DNA of 64,000 bases from contig CAXXHB010000003.1 of NCBI GenBank assembly GCA_963664815.2, positions 3,968,001 through 4,032,000 of the forward strand, given 5' to 3'. The first letter of the stretch is position 1; each line of letters starts with the position of its first letter. This stretch comes from Spirochaetota bacterium (GTDB taxonomy: Bacteria > Spirochaetota > UBA4802 > UBA5550). The notes under the pieces are model-generated. The model was given only the letters and a program-made list of their open reading frames with translations. It made no database searches and had not been told where the DNA came from. Below, in pieces: positions 30,462 through 39,744 of this stretch. Both the position numbers and the translations under genes were made by a program.

Positions 30462-31889
30462 ATGAAAAATTTACTCTTTATAATCCTTTCTTCAGCAATT
30501 ATAGTTCTATCAGTCATCACCTACTCCAATGCAGGCCCTATTCTTATTCGTGATAACAGGATAACTGATCTTGCGTATACTCCCGCTCTCGGAAGAGGGT
30601 ACACTCTTATAACCAACACATACCAGTCAATGTGTATGGACAATCTTAAAACTACTGAACCATCATATGATTTTCAATACACATTTGAATCTATTGAAAA
30701 GGAGAGTACAGACTCAAAAACCCTCGCATCCAAAACCAGTGCAAACGCCAAAGCCGGTTATATGAGCATTGAAGTCAGTGCCATGGTTGAAGCAAATGCT
30801 TCAATGACGACGGATGTAAATGAAACCAGCCATCATGTTAAAGTGGATCTGAATATGGATACCTATTACGCGTCAGTTGATGAGGCTAAAACTGAACTGA
30901 GTCAGGCTTCTAAAAATCTCCTGAAGAACAAGGACCTGCCAGGATTTTTTAATGCATGCGGCTCCAATTACATTCGTTCATTGGGAAGAAACGCGAAGTT
31001 TGTCTCAATATTCACATATACTACAAAGAGCACAACACGTGATGCCGCGTTTGAGGCCAGTCTGAAACTTGCGCTGTCAGGCGTTGTATCCGGAGTTACA
31101 GTAGGTGGCGGAGCTGAAAGCACTAATTCGGCAAAATTTAAATCCATGGCCAGCGAAAAAAAGCTGATTATAAACACCCGGGCATGGGGGCTTGGAAAAA
31201 ATGAGGGGGCATCTCTTATCTCCTATGATCTTGACAGCTTCAAAGCGGCGGTTAAAGATGCTTTTATATCCATGCAGAATCCCATGACCGGCAGGATTAC
31301 ATCCATGGAAGTGGTGCCATGGGTGGAAAACACAGCTTTCCAGGATGCCATAGCCCTGGAAGAGACCGATGCAGCAACAACGTCCGGAGTACAGGAAAAA
31401 GAAAAGGAAAAAGTTCCAAATTACAGGAAAAAAGATACTTTGAACCAGAATGCCGAATTTCTTGGAGAGATTCAGAAATCGGACAGGAACAGAATCAGCA
31501 ACTATTACACAGCAAAACTTTGTAAAGAATACATAAACGCAAACTACAAGAAAAATGATAAATTTGTTGATGGTTATGAAACCTTAAAACTTGTGAATAA
31601 CAAAACCGGTAAAACACTGGATATGACTCTTGACAAGCTTGACAAACTTCTGGTAACTGATTATGTAGATGGTCTTCTTAAAGAAAGAGATGCCTTCATG
31701 TATGGAGACAAAGGCGCAGAGAAGTGTATTGACAAGATGTTCGGAGAGGACATGTTCAGAAAAAAATGGAGTGATTTTGCAGAATGTACCGGTATCAGGG
31801 CAAGTTTTATTAACGTTATAAGCAGCGATGTTATCGATTACTGTATGCCAACTATTTCCTCTGACCAGGGGAATAAGGATAAAAAATAG
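30462..31889 (+). CDS. Secreted MACPF-like protein, paralog 1
   Basis: Signal peptide; TPALGRGY, FFNACGSNYIRS, AWGLGK, EVVPWVEN, DYCMP; AGGAG RBS. Confidence 0.7.
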   Translation: MKNLLFIILSSAIIVLSVITYSNAGPILIRDNRITDLAYTPALGRGYTLITNTYQSMCMDNLKTTEPSYDFQYTFESIEKESTDSKTLASKTSANAKAGYMSIEVSAMVEANASMTTDVNETSHHVKVDLNMDTYYASVDEAKTELSQASKNLLKNKDLPGFFNACGSNYIRSLGRNAKFVSIFTYTTKSTTRDAAFEASLKLALSGVVSGVTVGGGAESTNSAKFKSMASEKKLIINTRAWGLGKNEGASLISYDLDSFKAAVKDAFISMQNPMTGRITSMEVVPWVENTAFQDAIALEETDAATTSGVQEKEKEKVPNYRKKDTLNQNAEFLGEIQKSDRNRISNYYTAKLCKEYINANYKKNDKFVDGYETLKLVNNKTGKTLDMTLDKLDKLLVTDYVDGLLKERDAFMYGDKGAEKCIDKMFGEDMFRKKWSDFAECTGIRASFINVISSDVIDYCMPTISSDQGNKDKK

Positions 31890-31948
31890 TGATCTGTGCA
31901 GAATGCGGTCTGTTCTTTTAATGAATTCTGGAAATATACAGAATATTT

Positions 31949-31990
31949 CCGCATCTTTTTTACCGTTTCTGAAGGTTTAAAAAGATGCGG
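31949..31990 (+). promoter_or_regulatory. mRNA hairpin covering the start codon of paralog 2
   Basis: ccgcatcttttt (31949-31960) pairs with aaaaagATGcgg (31979-31990). Confidence 0.5.
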
Positions 31991-33985
31991 GTAAAGTTAT
32001 GCTTTACAACTATATTCATTATTTTTTCAACAGGGCTTTTTTCTGCCCCGAGAATAATTAATGATAACCGCGTTGAGTCTCTTAACGGATTTCCAACCCT
32101 TGGCCGCGGCTATTCAATAAACAGCAACCACCTGCAATCCATGTGTTTCAAGTCCGTCACAACAACAAAACCCACTTTTGATCTCAGCTATGACATTGAA
32201 GAGGTTACAGAGGACTATCTTACTAAACTCCTTGTGAGCGGCAGAGACCGTATCCAGAATACCAAACTCAACAAGTTTATTAAAAGTTATTATAATACAG
32301 AGGAGAAATCGGGAAACATAAAATACACCCTGAAAAATCTGATAGTAAGGGCTGAAGTCAATCAGTATTACTCATCAATAGATGAAACCCAGTCAGTTCT
32401 CAGCGACAGTGTAACTGAATTACTCAAAAAGAAACAGTATGTGACTTTCTTTAACAGTTGCGGCCATTTCTATGTCAGGTCAATCGGGACATTTTCCACA
32501 TACTACGCCCTACTCCAGTACAGGCTGACAGGTGATGGGGATGATGAATTCCGCGGCAAGCTTGAAAAGGGTTTATTCAATTTCTATGAAGAGTCCCAGA
32601 CCGCCGCTGCTGCAGCAAATAAAAAAGATGAAAAGAAAGAAAAACCGCAATCACAGGAATACGCCAATCTCAGTGAAGATGCACAGTTCAGAGGACTTAA
32701 AGTTTATGTCCAGGGAATAGGACTTTCAAAAGGGGATCCGGTAAATCTTATACCAGTAAACATCAAGCAGTTCAGAACCACAATTCAGGAAGCCGTTAAA
32801 CTGATGCAGTCGCCGGATTCAGGTCTGGTAAATTCCATTGAAGTTGTTCCATGGATGGAAAATCCTGAGTTCGGAAAAATTCTCCTTTCAGATGACAGCA
32901 ACGGTGGTGCTGAACAGTTTATCCGCCAGCAGAAAATTGAGGAAAACACCGGAGTAATAACAGAAATATACAGAAAAAGCAAAAGCCAGCTTGAATTGTA
33001 TAATGTTTCTTCCATGTGCAGAAAGATAATTGTAGACGAATATGCCGATAAATCCAGCGGTTCTCTTTACAGAAGCCTTTACGGCCAGGGTATACAACTG
33101 GAGGAAAAAAAGAAGGAATTCACGCTGGTTGACGAATCGATAATCAGACAGCTCATTGATAAAAAAATCAGGAAATTTGACGGGAACAGAACTCTTTTTT
33201 ATAACCTGTTTAATGAAAATGATAAAAACGGTTATATCACACTAAATGATTATATTAAATATTTTCACGGTAACCCACCGGAGAGATTCCTTGAAATCAA
33301 CAGATATTACCTCTACGGTGAAAACAACGACGGTGCACTCGACTGTATCAATAAACTTCAGGATAAGCTTGATGAAGCCAGTTACCGGGAGATACCCAGC
33401 TGCCTGAGGGCATTGAAAGACGTTGAACTTAACAGCAGTTTTTTCAACCAGTACTGCCTGCCGAAACCGGTTAAGGTTGTATATGAAGATGAAAAAAAGG
33501 AAAGGGAGGAGAACAGGAATAAGCCCTCTCATATTGACACAATAAACACGACTGAAGAAAAGAAAGATATTAAAGATACCAGCTTACCTGATACAAAAAA
33601 AGAAACCAATGATAAAAAAAATACAATAGAATCATTCCAGGATATATCCAATCCCAAACAGGATGAAAAAATTAAAGCTGAGGAAAAAAAAGAGACTAAA
33701 GATACCAGCACGCCTGACACAAAAAAAGAAACCAATGATAAAAAGAATACAGTAGAATCTCTCCAGAATATATCCAATCCCAAACAGGATGAAAAAATTA
33801 AAGCTGAGGAAAAAAAAGAGACTAAAGATACCAGCACGCCTGACACAAAAAAAGAAACCAATGATAAAAAGAATACGATAGAATCTCTCCAGGATATAAT
33901 TAAACCCAAATCAGAAGAAAATCCTGAAGATAAAAACAAAGATAAAGGCAAAAATCAAACCCTTGATGATTTCAAAAACAAATAA
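31985..33985 (+). CDS. Secreted MACPF-like protein, paralog 2 (divergent, charged repeat tail)
   Basis: FPTLGRGY, FFNSCGHFYVRS, GIGLSK, EVVPWMEN, QYCLP; K/E/D/T-rich tail. Confidence 0.68.
   Translation: MRVKLCFTTIFIIFSTGLFSAPRIINDNRVESLNGFPTLGRGYSINSNHLQSMCFKSVTTTKPTFDLSYDIEEVTEDYLTKLLVSGRDRIQNTKLNKFIKSYYNTEEKSGNIKYTLKNLIVRAEVNQYYSSIDETQSVLSDSVTELLKKKQYVTFFNSCGHFYVRSIGTFSTYYALLQYRLTGDGDDEFRGKLEKGLFNFYEESQTAAAAANKKDEKKEKPQSQEYANLSEDAQFRGLKVYVQGIGLSKGDPVNLIPVNIKQFRTTIQEAVKLMQSPDSGLVNSIEVVPWMENPEFGKILLSDDSNGGAEQFIRQQKIEENTGVITEIYRKSKSQLELYNVSSMCRKIIVDEYADKSSGSLYRSLYGQGIQLEEKKKEFTLVDESIIRQLIDKKIRKFDGNRTLFYNLFNENDKNGYITLNDYIKYFHGNPPERFLEINRYYLYGENNDGALDCINKLQDKLDEASYREIPSCLRALKDVELNSSFFNQYCLPKPVKVVYEDEKKEREENRNKPSHIDTINTTEEKKDIKDTSLPDTKKETNDKKNTIESFQDISNPKQDEKIKAEEKKETKDTSTPDTKKETNDKKNTVESLQNISNPKQDEKIKAEEKKETKDTSTPDTKKETNDKKNTIESLQDIIKPKSEENPEDKNKDKGKNQTLDDFKNK
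33554..33910 (+). repeat. 126-bp (42-aa) tandem repeat, about 2.8 copies
   Basis: Units start at 33554, 33680 and 33806 (EEKKETKDTSTPDTKKETNDKKNT.ES.Q.ISNPKQDEKIKA). Confidence 0.92.
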
Positions 33986-33989
33986 AGTT

Positions 33990-36455
33990 ATGATTTTCCG
34001 GAAACCTTTTACTGCAATTTTTTTAATTCCAGTATTGCTCACTATAACATCTGCCTGCAGTTCAGTTCCAACTGTAAAAAAGATACAGCTTGCCAAACAA
34101 TCTTTTGTTCCCGAAAGACTTTATGATATTTTTGATATATCTTCCGTAACAGGAACCGGCTTAAAAATTGAAAATCAGACCTACCAGCCAAAGAGATGCA
34201 TAAAAAGTGCCGATACATCCGTTACAGGGGGTCAATTAACCTTCGAATTTATAGATCCCGCCTCAGATTCAACAGTAGATAATGAGCCTTACGGTAAATT
34301 TATAAAATCGGCAGTAAAAAGAGCTTCTTTATATAATTTATCAGGAATGAGCCCTTTCTCGGTTGTATGTCTTATCAGAGTTTCAGGGAAGATGAATTAT
34401 TTAAAGGATAATTCAATCCAATTTACTGAAACAGCAGAAAATCTTTTAAACAAAAAAGATATAGAAGGATTTTACAGTCACTGCGGAACATTGTTTATAG
34501 ACAGCACTACCTTCGAATCAGCTGCAGCTTTTGTTGTAACATACTATATGCCGCCGGTTGAGGTAGACAATTTTAAAAAAAAAATCAGATACGGAAAAGA
34601 GGTAAGCACTGCCGATATAACTAATTTTTCCGTTTTCAACGAAGCTGGTACCCGTTACCCGGTTTTTTTCTCAACCAGTGTTGACTCGGATAATATATTT
34701 ATACCACTTGAATTTCCTGCAATCTCCAATAGCGGGAAGGCGTATGAGAATTTCATAAAAAAAACCATCATGTCATGTCTCTCTTCCTCCATCGGTAAGA
34801 TTTCTTCATACCAGATTAAAAAGTGGAGCGAACTCCCCGATATAAATAAATATATGCCCCAGCTAACCGGAGCCAGATTCCCGGAAGATTCCCATGACAG
34901 GATTGAATCCCTGACAAGAGACATGCGGGATTTTGCAATTTTCAGATTAAACATGAACATTCAGCAGTCAAAAAATAACAATGAATTATTAAATGCACTG
35001 ACAGGAAAGATCAGCTGGAAGAATTACTACAGATGCGGCTGGGGAATAAGCTATAATGGATACACCGGTCCCGATCAGGAGCGGGACTGCAGAGATCTTC
35101 TGCAGGGTTTAAAGATTTTCAGGGAAATCGAAAAAAATAATCCTTTAGTCAGCCGACTGGATGGAAACAGCATGATCAATATGGATCATTTCAAAACCAT
35201 CAGGCTGGCAGATAAAACCATATTCTCCCCTGACAGTAAATATGAAGAATCAGAATACAGATTTAACGACAAAACGTTGTATATCGATATTCCGGATAAA
35301 ACAGCACCAGGCCAGACAATGGATAACCTGGGTAAAATATACTCTTCCGATTGTATTAAAAAAGATTCATTGAAATTTTTCAGCAACCGTACAGGCAGCA
35401 TAAGCTCAATCCGCAATGATTGCTATCCTGTGGAATTTAAAAAATGGGGAATATTTAAGAGAATATTTTTTTTCTGGAAAAAGACTCCCGCTCCACAGCC
35501 GCGATACAGAGGCAATCTGGAGATAACCGGTTTTTCAAAAGAACTATCAGATGAATTCACAATCACCGATGAAGCTGCAGATCTGGCCCGCAACGATATA
35601 CTGAGTTTCTATAAAAAATACGGAACTCATTATGTCAGCCAGATAAAAAGCAGAAGGGGCATTGTATACTATTTTTCAACAGATTCTGAAAAAGATATAA
35701 GCGTTCATCCTTATGGAATTCCTATATCTTCCCAGGTAAAAACAGATCTTCAGATTCCTGCTGATGCAGGGGGCGGAGGCTGTTTCTCTTTTTTAGGAAA
35801 ATTCATGAATTCCGATAACGAAGACCCGCTGCTTCACCCCTCAACAGTAGAGCAATTTTTCAGAACAAAAGAGGATTTTACAAAATTGCTCAGCGATGAA
35901 TCGGAGTCGATACCTGTAGAGATTTACCTTAAACCATGGTCGCAATATCTTGTCGAAAGAGGGATCATCCGGACAGACCAGACAATTCCGGTTACCTTAT
36001 TTGATGAACAAGCCGGAGGTGCTACAGAGGGTATAGTCTCAGTCATCGACAGTGATGGCGACAAATATGAGGGAATGCTGAGTAACGGTCTTAAAAACGG
36101 TGATGGGATACTCAAGACACGACGTGGATCTGAATATAGTGGAACCTGGATGGGAAATCTGATGCATGGCAAAGGTGTTTATAAACATAAAGATGGAAAT
36201 ATCTATTCCGGAGATTTCATGTTCGGATATCCTCATGGGGCAGGGGAAAATAAAGGTGTAAGCGGCAATATTTACAGAGGGGATGTTTTAAAAGGTGATC
36301 TGACCGGTAAAGGTGAAATGATCTATAAAGATGGCCGAAAATACATGGGTGACTTTATAAACGGTGAACCTGACGGTTATGGAATCATGGAGTTTCCTGA
36401 CGGGAAGAGACTGGAGGGTAGCTTCAAAAAAGGTCTTTATCTGAAAAAACAGTAG
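33990..36455 (+). CDS. Lipoprotein with two MACPF-like domains and C-terminal MORN repeats (member 3)
   Basis: Lipobox LTITSA-C; FYSHCGTLFIDS and FYKKYGTHYVSQ motifs; IPVEIYLKPW; MORN repeats; start ATG 33990. Confidence 0.72.
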   Translation: MIFRKPFTAIFLIPVLLTITSACSSVPTVKKIQLAKQSFVPERLYDIFDISSVTGTGLKIENQTYQPKRCIKSADTSVTGGQLTFEFIDPASDSTVDNEPYGKFIKSAVKRASLYNLSGMSPFSVVCLIRVSGKMNYLKDNSIQFTETAENLLNKKDIEGFYSHCGTLFIDSTTFESAAAFVVTYYMPPVEVDNFKKKIRYGKEVSTADITNFSVFNEAGTRYPVFFSTSVDSDNIFIPLEFPAISNSGKAYENFIKKTIMSCLSSSIGKISSYQIKKWSELPDINKYMPQLTGARFPEDSHDRIESLTRDMRDFAIFRLNMNIQQSKNNNELLNALTGKISWKNYYRCGWGISYNGYTGPDQERDCRDLLQGLKIFREIEKNNPLVSRLDGNSMINMDHFKTIRLADKTIFSPDSKYEESEYRFNDKTLYIDIPDKTAPGQTMDNLGKIYSSDCIKKDSLKFFSNRTGSISSIRNDCYPVEFKKWGIFKRIFFFWKKTPAPQPRYRGNLEITGFSKELSDEFTITDEAADLARNDILSFYKKYGTHYVSQIKSRRGIVYYFSTDSEKDISVHPYGIPISSQVKTDLQIPADAGGGGCFSFLGKFMNSDNEDPLLHPSTVEQFFRTKEDFTKLLSDESESIPVEIYLKPWSQYLVERGIIRTDQTIPVTLFDEQAGGATEGIVSVIDSDGDKYEGMLSNGLKNGDGILKTRRGSEYSGTWMGNLMHGKGVYKHKDGNIYSGDFMFGYPHGAGENKGVSGNIYRGDVLKGDLTGKGEMIYKDGRKYMGDFINGEPDGYGIMEFPDGKRLEGSFKKGLYLKKQ
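36054..36435 (+). repeat. MORN repeats (5-6 units)
   Basis: GxxYxGxxxxGxxxGxG periodicity of 23 aa. Confidence 0.85.
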
Positions 36456-36485
36456 TTTCCACAAGAATCAAGATGGATTTCATTG

Positions 36486-36517
36486 CTGAAACAAACTGAC
36501 TGTTAAATTTGTTTCAG
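36486..36517. terminator. Intergenic hairpin between members 3 and 4
   Basis: ctgaaacaaa ... tttgtttcag 10-bp stem. Confidence 0.4.
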
Positions 36518-36660
36518 AAGATGGTGTGATAAAGCATGAATTTATATTAACTGAGGTTTTGAAAATATACAAGAATTTTTCTTTTTTTTTTAATAAAATA
36601 CTTGTAGTAATCTTTTTTCTGTGTGAAAAAAGGATAATAATTAATAGAAGAGGGTACCTT

Positions 36661-38175
36661 ATGAAAAAAGTCTGTTTTGCTGCATTATTAATTTTTATAT
36701 CCAGTATATGTATATATGCAGGACCGACAGTAATCAAGGACAACAGGGTTACTGATACAGCAACAACACCGGTTCTTGGAAGAGGATATTCACTCGGCAC
36801 AAACACCTATCAGTCCACATGCATGAAAGAGGTTGTTATAACTGAACCATCTTATGACATGGAATATACCTTTGAGTCCATTGAGGATTCAGGAACAACA
36901 ACTTCGAAAAAAACCGATGAAAAATCATCTAATACTTCAGTGTCTGCAAAGGCAAGTGTAAAATTTGGTGCTCACCAAGGTAGTGCGGGACTCGACTATG
37001 CACTGGCTCAGGGGTCGAAGTCAGTAGTAGTCAATAATGAAACATGGTACAATCACAGGGTACTTGTAACAATAAATATTTATACATACTATGCGTCAAT
37101 TGATGAAAGCAAAAGTACTTTAAGCGATTCAGCAAAGGAGCTTCTGGTAAATAAAGATCTCCCCGGTTTTTTTAACAGCTGTGGAGCTTATTATGTAAGG
37201 TCAATCGGAAGAAAATCAAGTTTTGTATCAATTTTCAATTATCAGACAAAAGACAGTAAAAAGGATTCAGCATTTGAAAGTAATCTGAAACAATCGATTC
37301 AGGCATTCGGCGCCTATTCTTACAGCGGTATAGCTAAAGTAAATGTAAGTGTTAATGTTAAATCAGATTCCGAAACTAAAAGAATGGAATCCTTCAGCAG
37401 CGAGGCTTCTGAAAAACGCCTTTCAATTGTAACTCACGCTTATGGATTAGGAAAGGATGAAAAGGCCTCTCTGATTGCTTATGATCTGGATACCTTCAAA
37501 GCTGCTATTAAAGATGCATTTATTTCGATGCAGAATCCTCTTACAGGAAAAGTAGCCAATATAGAAGTAGTTCCCTGGGTTGAAAACACTGAATTTCAGA
37601 CAACAATTAAGCTGGAAGAAATTGAAGCTCCTGTTGAGGGAAGCACTACAGGACAGACTGAGAAAAAGCCATTATATGAGAAAAAACATTTATTGAATCA
37701 GAATGCGGAGTTTCTTATTGAGATTGAACGGGCTGATCGCAATCTTATTAATATGTATTACAAAGCTAAACTCTGCAAGGCAAATATATTGGCAAGCTGG
37801 GGAAAAGATGAATCTAATCTTAACAATGAATATGAGAATGTCAAACTTGTAAACAGCAGAACCGGGGCAAATGATAAAACTGTTAAACAGATTTTTGATA
37901 CGCTCCAGGATAGTTATGTTGAAGGAATACTTGCAAAAGAAACCGCTTTTATGTACGGCAGCGGCGGCACTGGGGGATCAGGCGGTGGCTCATCGGGAAA
38001 TACAGCTGGGGGGGCAAGTCTCTGTTTGAAAGAGTTGATGAAAACCGGTTTTGTTACCAAAAGCTACCGTGAAATTGATGCGTGTAAAACTGTTCTTTCA
38101 CAGGCCGGAAATGTTGAACTTCAGGTTGTAACTGATTACTGTATGCCGGTTGAAGCTCCTGCTACTTCAGAATGA
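36661..38175 (+). CDS. Secreted MACPF-like protein, paralog 4
   Basis: Start ATG 36661 (AGAGGG RBS, signal peptide MKKVCF...); TPVLGRGY, FFNSCGAYYVRS, AYGLGK, EVVPWVEN, DYCMP. Confidence 0.7.
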   Translation: MKKVCFAALLIFISSICIYAGPTVIKDNRVTDTATTPVLGRGYSLGTNTYQSTCMKEVVITEPSYDMEYTFESIEDSGTTTSKKTDEKSSNTSVSAKASVKFGAHQGSAGLDYALAQGSKSVVVNNETWYNHRVLVTINIYTYYASIDESKSTLSDSAKELLVNKDLPGFFNSCGAYYVRSIGRKSSFVSIFNYQTKDSKKDSAFESNLKQSIQAFGAYSYSGIAKVNVSVNVKSDSETKRMESFSSEASEKRLSIVTHAYGLGKDEKASLIAYDLDTFKAAIKDAFISMQNPLTGKVANIEVVPWVENTEFQTTIKLEEIEAPVEGSTTGQTEKKPLYEKKHLLNQNAEFLIEIERADRNLINMYYKAKLCKANILASWGKDESNLNNEYENVKLVNSRTGANDKTVKQIFDTLQDSYVEGILAKETAFMYGSGGTGGSGGGSSGNTAGGASLCLKELMKTGFVTKSYREIDACKTVLSQAGNVELQVVTDYCMPVEAPATSE

Positions 38176-39677
38176 AGAAGATGAAGAGAGCTGAATCTAT
38201 GAAATCAGTAACTGGTTTTATACAAAAAATTACTTTTTTCTTTATAATAATATCGGCTGTTAATGTTTCAGCCGGCCCTGTTGTCATAAGGGACAACAGG
38301 GTTACAGACATAGGTACCACCCCTGTTTTAGGAAGAGGGTATACTATGTCTACCAATACCTTCCAGTCGATTTGTCTTAAAGATGTTAAATTAACCGAAC
38401 CATCTTATGACTTTACATATAGATTTGAAGAGATGCAGAGCGATTCAACTAAAGAAGGAACCGTTACTGACTCAAGACCGGAGATCTCTGATCCTATTAT
38501 AAACGAAGGCTATAGAAAATATGTTGAAACTGTTTCTTCCAAAAAGGGACAGAGTGTTAAAAGAGAGGGAAAAACATATACAAAGCACAGGATGATAGCA
38601 ATCATTGACCTCGACTCCTATTATGCTTCTATAGATGAAGCTTTGACAAGTCTGAGTGATTCTGCAAAGGAATTGTTAACAAACAATGATCTCCCCGGGT
38701 ATTTTGACAGTTGCGGATCATACTATGTCAGGTCACTCAACAGGAGGGCAAAGCTTGTCTCAGTTTTTGAATATGAAAAACTTGGAACCGAGAAAGATGA
38801 AGAATTTGAAGGTATGATTGAAAGCCAGATAAAGAGCTTCGGACTTGTAAAAAAAACTGAAGGCAGCAGGTACGAACAGAAAGGTGAAACACAAACCGAG
38901 AGCTATAAGTTTAAGGAAAAATTCACTGAAAAAGCTTCAGAAATGAGGCTGACAATCACTACCGCAGGGTTTGGACTGGGTAAAGATAAAGAAGCCACAC
39001 TTGTATCATACGATATAGAGTCTTTTAAAAAGGGGATTCAGGATGCTTTCAAAGCGATGCAGAACCCGCTTACAGGAAAAGTTATAAGTATTGAAGTAAT
39101 ACCATGGGTCGAGAATACTGAATTTCAGAACACGGTAAAACTAAATGAGACTATTAAAATTCCTGCAACTAAAAGTGAAAGCGGCTCAGTAACAGCTGAA
39201 AAAGTCCTTCAACCATACCAGATGAAGCATAACATAAGTGAAAATGCAGAATTTCTTGCTGAGATTAAAAAGAATGACAGAAATCTTCTTAATATATACT
39301 ACAAGTCCAAAATGTGTAAATCCTATTTTGATACCAACTGGCGTATTAACGGCAAACTTAAAGATAAATATGCCAACCAGTATCTTTTAAATCACAGAAC
39401 CGGCGAGAAAAAAGCCATATCCGAACTGGATACAAAACTTAATGACGCATATGTTGAATCTCTGTATGACAAAGAGCAGGAATTTATGTACACCGGCGAG
39501 AATTCAGCATCGAAATGTATTAATGCCATTATCACAGATGATATTAGGGCAATTCATTACAGAGATATCAAGGACTGTACAACTCTTGTAAAAAGAATGG
39601 GCAATATTGAAGGTGATCTTATTGACGATTACTGTATGCCTGTTATAACAAGTGCTCCGGAAAAAGAAAGTAAATAA
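38172..39677 (+). CDS. Secreted MACPF-like protein, paralog 5
   Basis: ATGA overlap with paralog 4 (alternative start 38199); TPVLGRGY, YFDSCGSYYVRS, GFGLGK, EVIPWVEN, DYCMP. Confidence 0.7.
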   Translation: MKKMKRAESMKSVTGFIQKITFFFIIISAVNVSAGPVVIRDNRVTDIGTTPVLGRGYTMSTNTFQSICLKDVKLTEPSYDFTYRFEEMQSDSTKEGTVTDSRPEISDPIINEGYRKYVETVSSKKGQSVKREGKTYTKHRMIAIIDLDSYYASIDEALTSLSDSAKELLTNNDLPGYFDSCGSYYVRSLNRRAKLVSVFEYEKLGTEKDEEFEGMIESQIKSFGLVKKTEGSRYEQKGETQTESYKFKEKFTEKASEMRLTITTAGFGLGKDKEATLVSYDIESFKKGIQDAFKAMQNPLTGKVISIEVIPWVENTEFQNTVKLNETIKIPATKSESGSVTAEKVLQPYQMKHNISENAEFLAEIKKNDRNLLNIYYKSKMCKSYFDTNWRINGKLKDKYANQYLLNHRTGEKKAISELDTKLNDAYVESLYDKEQEFMYTGENSASKCINAIITDDIRAIHYRDIKDCTTLVKRMGNIEGDLIDDYCMPVITSAPEKESK

Positions 39678-39690
39678 TATATTTTAAATA

Positions 39691-39721
39691 CGGTCAGGCT
39701 TTAATAATTTAATCCTGACCG
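39691..39721. terminator. Intergenic hairpin between paralogs 5 and 6
   Basis: cggtcagg ... cctgaccg stem; no clear U-tract. Confidence 0.45.
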
Positions 39722-39744
39722 ATTAAATTCAGAGCGAAGCAGGT

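Noticed and set aside
33554-33910. Direct repeats considered as a CRISPR array
   Set aside because: Contiguous 126-bp in-frame coding units with no unique spacers and no cas genes
33529-33951. 140-aa hydrophobic repetitive antisense ORF
   Set aside because: Reverse-complement artefact of the Lys/Glu-rich repeat
36526-36660. N-terminal extension of paralog 4 in the ORF track
   Set aside because: ATG 36661 has an RBS and gives a signal peptide aligned with the other paralogs
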